A stretch of DNA of 64,000 bases, from contig NIVC01000001.1 in assembly GCA_002269645.1 (NCBI GenBank), positions 1,612,001-1,676,000 on the forward strand, read 5' to 3'. Each line of letters starts with the position of its first letter. Within the stretch, counting starts at the first letter, position 1. The DNA is from Macrostomum lignano. Taxonomy: Eukaryota. A program made the translations under genes and the position numbers. Shown piece by piece: positions 34,815 through 64,000 of this stretch. The notes under the pieces are model-generated. The model was not told the origin of the DNA, made no database searches, and was given only the letters and a program-made list of their open reading frames with translations.

Positions 34815-37310
34815 AAGGGGAATCGCTGTCATGTTATTGGGGGAATCGCTGTCATGCTATTGGGGGAATCGCTATCATGCTATTGGGGGAATCGCTGTCA
34901 TGCTATTGGGGGAATCGCTGTCATGCTATTGGGGGAATCGCTGTCATGCTATTGGGGGAATCGCTGTCATGCTATTGGGGGAATCGCTGTCATGCTATTG
35001 GGGGAATCGCTGTCATGCTATTGGGGGAATCGCTGTCATGCTATTGGGGGAATCGCTGTCATGCTATTGGGGGAATCGCTGTCATGCTATTGGGGGAATC
35101 GCTGTCATGCTATTGGGGGAATCGCTGTCATGCTATTGGGGGAATCGCTGTCATGTTATTGGGAGAATCGCTGTCATGCTATTGGGGGAATCGCTGTCAT
35201 GCTATTGGGGGAATCGCTGTCATGCTATTGGGGGAATCGCTGTCATGTTATTGGGGGAATCGCTGTCATGCTATTGGGGGAATCGCTGTCATGCTATTGG
35301 GGGAATCGCTGTCATGTTATTGGGGGAATCGCTGTCATGCTATTGGGGGAATCGCTGTCATGCTATTGGGGGAATCGCTGTCATGCTATTGGGGGAATCG
35401 CTGTCATGCTATTGGGGGAATCGCTGTCATGCTATTGGGGAATCGCTGTCATGCTATTGGGGGAATCGCTGTCATGCTATTGGGGGAATCGCTGTCATGC
35501 TATTGGGGGAATCGCTGTCATGCTATTGGGGGAATCGCTGTCATGCTATTGGGGGAATCGCTGTCATGTTATTGGGGGAATCGCTGTCATGCTATTGGGG
35601 GAATCGCTGTCATGCTATTGGGGGAATCGCTGTCATGCTATTGGGGGAATCGCTGTCATGCTATTGGGGGAATCGCTGTCATGCTATTGGGGGAATCGCT
35701 GTCATGCTATTGGGGGAATCGCTGTCATGCTATTGGGGGAATCGCTGTCATGCTATTGGGGGAATCGCTGTCATGCTATTGGGGGAATCGCTGTCATGCT
35801 ATTGGGGGAATCGCTGTCATGCTATTGGGGGAATCGCTGTCATGTTATTGGGGGAATCGCTGTCATGCTATTGGGGGAATCGCTGTCATGCTATTGGGGG
35901 AATCGCTGTCATGCTATTGGGGGAATCGCTGTCATGTTATTGGGGAATCGCTGTCATGCTATTGGGGGAATCGCTGTCATGCTATTGGGGGAATCGCTGT
36001 CATGTTATTGGGGGAATCGCTGTCATGCTATTGGGGGAATCGCTGTCATGCTATTGGGGGAATCGCTGTCATGCTATTGGGGGAATCGCTGTCATGTTAT
36101 TGGGGGAATCGCTGTCATGCTATTGGGGGAATCGCTGTCATGCTATTGGGGAATCGCTGTCATGCTATTGGGGGAATCGCTGTCATGTTATTGGGGGAAT
36201 CGCTGTCATGCTATTGGGGGAATCGCTGTCATGCTATTGGGGGAATCGCTGTCATGCTATTGGGGGAATCGCTGTCATGTTATTGGGGGAATCGCTGTCA
36301 TGCTATTGGGGAATCGCTGTCATGCTATTGGGGGAATCGCTGTCATGCTATTGGGGGAATCGCTGTCATGTTATTGGGGGAATCGCTGTCATGCTATTGG
36401 GGGAATCGCTGTCATGCTATTGGGGGAATCGCTGTCATGCTATTGGGGGAATCGCTGTCATGCTATTGGGGGAATCGCTGTCATGCTATTGGGGGAATCG
36501 CTGTCATGCTATTGGGGGAATCGCTGTCATGCTATTGGGGGAATCGCTGTCATGCTATTGGGGGAATCGCTGTCATGCTATTGGGGGAATCGCTGTCATG
36601 CTATTGGGGGAATCGCTGTCATGCTATTGGGGGAATCGCTGTCATGTTATTGGGGGAATCGCTGTCATGCTATTGGGGAATCGCTGTCATGCTATTGGGG
36701 AATCGCTGTCATGCTATTGGGGGAATCGCTGTCATGTTATTGGGGGAATCGCTGTCATGCTATTGGGGGAATCGCTGTCATGCTATTGGGGGAATCGCTG
36801 TCATGTTATTGGGGGAATCGCTGTCATGCTATTGGGGGAATCGCTGTCATGCTATTGGGGGAATCGCTGTCATGCTATTGGGGGAATCGCTGTCATGTTA
36901 TTGGGGGAATCGCTGTCATGCTATTGGGGGAATCGCTGTCATGCTATTGGGGGAATCGCTGTCATGCTATTGGGGGAATCGCTGTCATGTTATTGGGGGA
37001 ATCGCTGTCATGCTATTGGGGGAATCGCTGTCATGCTATTGGGGGAATCGCTGTCATGCTATTGGGGGAATCGCTGTCATGTTATTGGGGGAATCGCTGT
37101 CATGCTATTGGGGGAATCGCTGTCATGCTATTGGGGGAATCGCTGTCATGCTATTGGGGGAATCGCTGTCATGCTATTGGGGGAATCACTGTCATGCTAT
37201 TGGGGGAATCGCTGTCATGCTATTGGGGGAATCGCTGTCATGCTATTGGGGGAATCGCTGTCATGCTATTGGGGGAATCGCTGTCATGCTATTGGGGGAA
37301 TCGCTGTCAT
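34815..37310. repeat. 23-bp minisatellite (gggggaatcgctgtcatgctatt), ~108 copies
   Basis: Direct repetition; source of the spurious 1036/879/813-aa ORFs. Confidence 0.97.
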
Positions 37311-37789
37311 TACACTAGTACTATCTATCAACGATATTATTTCTGAGAGGCGTTGTCAAGCAGCTCAATATCCAAAGCGGTTCATCGAATGCATGCAGCC
37401 CTGCTTGTACTTTTGTGCGGTTTTTTACCAGCCAGCCAAAGTTGATTTGCAGTCCAAAAACTGGGAATAGCCTCGGTCGACAGGGACAAAGATAAAACAA
37501 GGAATGGAATTGGTACACGAGGGAAGCAGCAATTAGAGGCTCAAGCAGCCCCAGTCCAAACTCAGCGTGTGCTCAGGATCTGGCTACAGAAATCTCCAGG
37601 ATTAACTGGCTATGTCAACACCCCAGCTGGGATGCGTGCGCCTTTGCCAATGTCTGGGAACTGTGGGAAGACAGATGGTTTCGGTTTTGGGCCGTCCTCA
37701 TTCTGGAGTGTGTGCGAGAGTGACAGCACCAGTGTCAGTGCATTGTCTGTCTTTTTTCGTCTTGCCCAGTTATATGATACTTAATTTTT

Positions 37790-38390
37790 TCCACTGCATC
37801 GATTGGTGTCAAACACAGCTGGGAATTTTCCACTGCATCGATTGGTGTCAAACACAGCTGGGAATTTTCCACTGCATCGATTGGTGTCAAACACAGCTGG
37901 GAATTTTCCACTGCATCGATTGGTGTCAAACACAGCTGGGAATTTTCCATTCCACTGCATCGATTGTTGTGAAACACAGCTGGGAATTTTCCACTGCATC
38001 GATTGGTGTCAAACACAGCTGGGAATTTTCCACTGCATCGATTGTTGTCAAACACAGCTGGGAATTTTCCACTGCATCGATTGGTGTCAAACACAGCTGG
38101 GAATTTTCCATTCCACTGCATCGATTGGTGTCAAACACAGCTGGGAATTTTCCACTGCATCGATTGGTGTCAAACACAGCTGGGAATTTTCCACTGCATC
38201 GATTGTTGTCAAACACAGCTGGGAATTTTCCACTGCATCGATTGGTGTCAAACACAGCTGGGAATTTTCCATTCCACTGCATCGATTGTTGTGAAACACA
38301 GCTGGGAATTTTCCACTGCATCGACTGGTGTCAAACACAGCTGGGAATTTTCCACTCCACCGCATCGATTGTTGTCAAACACGGCTTGGA
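37790..38390. repeat. 39-bp minisatellite (ccactgcatcgattggtgtcaaacacagctgggaatttt), ~15 copies
   Basis: Period measured from gattggtgtc at 37801 and 37840. Confidence 0.92.
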
Positions 38391-38780
38391 ATTCATTCCA
38401 ACTCTATTCCAACTTCTAATTTTAAGAATAACAGTCTCACAGTTTGAAAGCAAACAACTTTCTTTTGTTTCAAACAAGGAGTTGGTTTAGTGTAATGTAT
38501 AAATAAATCAAATTTAAAAAAAGAAGCAAAAACGACACAGCCCATCGGAAAATGAGTTTCCAAGACAAGTGCAGTGAAAAATATTCACAGTAAATTTCTG
38601 TTTGCTGATCACCCAGCAATTCTTAACAAACAGCTGAATTCATTTAAAACAACAGAAACTGAGTCAACATAGCAAACTACACTACTATCAGTAGATTAAA
38701 TCGGATGCAAATGATAATAAAACAAAACAAAACAAAAACGCGATTTACTCAAACTGAATTTTTCATTATATCGTTCGAAG

Positions 38781-45031
<6,251 letters not shown>

Positions 45032-45224
45032 TATATTGGAATGGATTTTCTGCTTGAACAATTGCTGCTAAATTATTTTGTCTCAAACGCTGTTTGCTCA
45101 GTTTTCTTCTATTGGCGATTTAAAGAGCTGAAAGAGCTGCTGAATCTCAACGAGGCGAAGTCGCTCAGTGATTCCCGATTGGTCCATGGGATTACGTGGG
45201 GATTGAGCTTGATGGTTTGGGCAG

Positions 45225-45797
45225 GGAGTGAAGGGAATCAAGGGCGTGAAGGGAGTGAAGGAGTGAAGGGAGTGAAGGAAGTGAAGGGAGTGAATGGAGT
45301 GAAGGGAGTGAAGGGAGTGAAGGGAGTGAATGGAGTGAAGGGAGTGAAGGGAGTGAATGGAGTGAATGAAGTGAAGGGAGTGAAGGGAGTGAAGGGAGTG
45401 AATGGAGTGAAGGGAGTGAAGGGAGTGAAGGGAGTGAATGAAGTGAAGGGAGTGAAGGGAGTGAAGGGAGTGAAGGGAGTGAAGGGAGTGAAGGGAGTGA
45501 AGGGAGTGAAGGGAGTGAAGGGAGTGAAGGGAGTGAAGGGAGTGAAGGGAGTGAAGGGAGTGAATGAAGTGAAGGGAGTGAAGGGAGTGAAGGGAGTGAA
45601 GGGAGTGAAGGGAGTGAAGGGAGTGAAGGGAGTGAAGGGAGTGAATGAAGTGAAGGGAGTGAAGGGAGTGAAGGGAGTGAATGGAGTGAAGGGAGTGAAG
45701 GGAGTGAAGGGAGTGAATGAAGTGAAGGGAGTGAAGGGAGTGAAGGGAGTGAAGGGAGTGAAGGGAGTGAAGGAAGTGAAGGGAGTGAAGGGAGTGG
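45225..45797. repeat. 9-bp repeat (gaagggagt)n upstream of RUNX
   Basis: Direct repetition. Confidence 0.93.
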
Positions 45798-46215
45798 AAA
45801 AGGTTCATCGGGCTGAGCAGTCATCAAGCAAATTAATTAGCTTTCAAATATAAGAACAGCCTTTTATAGACAAGATTACCAAGGTTTGCTACTTAATGTG
45901 ATTACCGCTTCAGGTGATGGTTTTCGAGTATAATTACTTTAATCTAGAAGCGTGCGGCTTTAGAAAAGTTTGTGGGACACGTGCAATTCCAATAAAAGGG
46001 TTACACGATGTGTTAAAAAGACGCGATGCAAAAAAATTTATTAAATCTGCTCTGATCTTGCCCTGATCTTTTCAAACACATCTATGACGGTGCAGAGGAG
46101 TTTTGGTAGCAATCGAAGCAAGGGATTTTTAAGACGGTACAAGCGTGCAGCGGTAGACTTATGATTGATAGGCTTATGATATTGTTAGAGCTGTTCAAGC
46201 TGCGGTAGGAAAACA

Positions 46216-53655
<7,440 letters not shown>

Positions 53656-54322
53656 TGTTCTGTTTAGAAAATTTCGCCAGTAAATTCGATTGCGCCTCCA
53701 GGCTGACTGACTCTCGGCGCCCCTCTTTGCGCCATTTTAAGGGTTGCCTCCCGCTGCGCCTTATCAGCCGCGGTGCAATCCAGTTCACGCGAAGCCACTC
53801 CGCCCCTCCCCCCTCATGCAGTGCACTCAGGGTGCCAGAGACTTTCACAGAAAAAGCACAACGCAAAAACATTCATGGACTTCTAATCGAAGCGTCCAGG
53901 AGAATCGGCCGGTTTTGGGCTCAGAAAAGATCAACAAAAAACTGTATTTTCTCACGACAGCAAAAAAAGTTGAAAAGCATTAAATAAGGAATCTGCGAAG
54001 TTTCATTCAAGATTTCAGCACATGGAGGAGTACTGAATTGCACCAATTTTAAGCCATTTAAAATTTATTTTCTCAACAATTGTCCTAAATTGTCTTTTTT
54101 AGATCAAAGCGCTGCCCTAAGGCTTGGGCTTATATTATAGTGGCAATAGTCTATGGCCAAAAGTGTACTGTACCGCTGCCCCATAGCAGCCCAGCTAAAG
54201 CACTATATAGACTTATTGATAGGCAATGAAGCTGTTGCAAGTAGATGCAGACGCAGTTAAGGATTAGTGAACTACAATAGAGATAGAACAGCGGCACTGT
54301 TGCTAAGCGTCACATCTAAACG

Positions 54323-64000
<9,678 letters not shown>

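Noticed and set aside
34236-37470. 1036-, 879- and 813-aa ORFs
   Set aside because: Read-through of stop-free 12-bp and 23-bp tandem arrays, open in all three frames; no non-repetitive domain.
37790-38390. CRISPR-like appearance of 39-bp and other 20-40-bp repeats
   Set aside because: Units are head-to-tail with no unique spacers, no cas genes, and the context is eukaryotic.
45041-45853. Collagen-like (GVK)n ORF
   Set aside because: Simple 9-bp repeat; no Pro/Hyp pattern, signal peptide or splice support.

Overview
Intron-rich metazoan genomic DNA, not prokaryotic. GC-rich exons separated by minisatellite-filled introns resemble a free-living flatworm such as Macrostomum (inference). Spliced gene models built by hand from GT-AG sites and frame continuity: last exon of a TDP-43-like RRM gene (+), a ~13-finger C2H2 zinc-finger gene (+), a Shaker/Kv1-type K+ channel (+), an intronless stomatin gene with a 1-nt frameshift (-), a complete RUNX gene (-), an HDHD5/CECR5 HAD hydrolase (-), and a TTLL10-like tubulin-tyrosine-ligase-family gene (+, runs off the window). 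Non-genic structure: a near-identical triplication of a 2.43-kb unit, one copy carrying a 2566-bp CCC...GGG TIR element with a 2-bp TSD; a 2792-bp foldback element with TTAA TSD in a TTLL intron; a MITE-like hairpin just after the TDP-43 stop; a tRNA-derived SINE with a V-domain-like core; and about 40 tandem arrays. The long ORFs in the supplied track are almost all tandem-repeat read-throughs. Most notable: the foldback element, inverted minisatellite arrays around a putative Kv N-terminal exon, a Kv with a short S4 and TMCTVGYG filter, a RUNX ending FWRPYKE, and intronic arrays made of repeated splice-site-like motifs. All coordinates were counted by eye; no searches were run.
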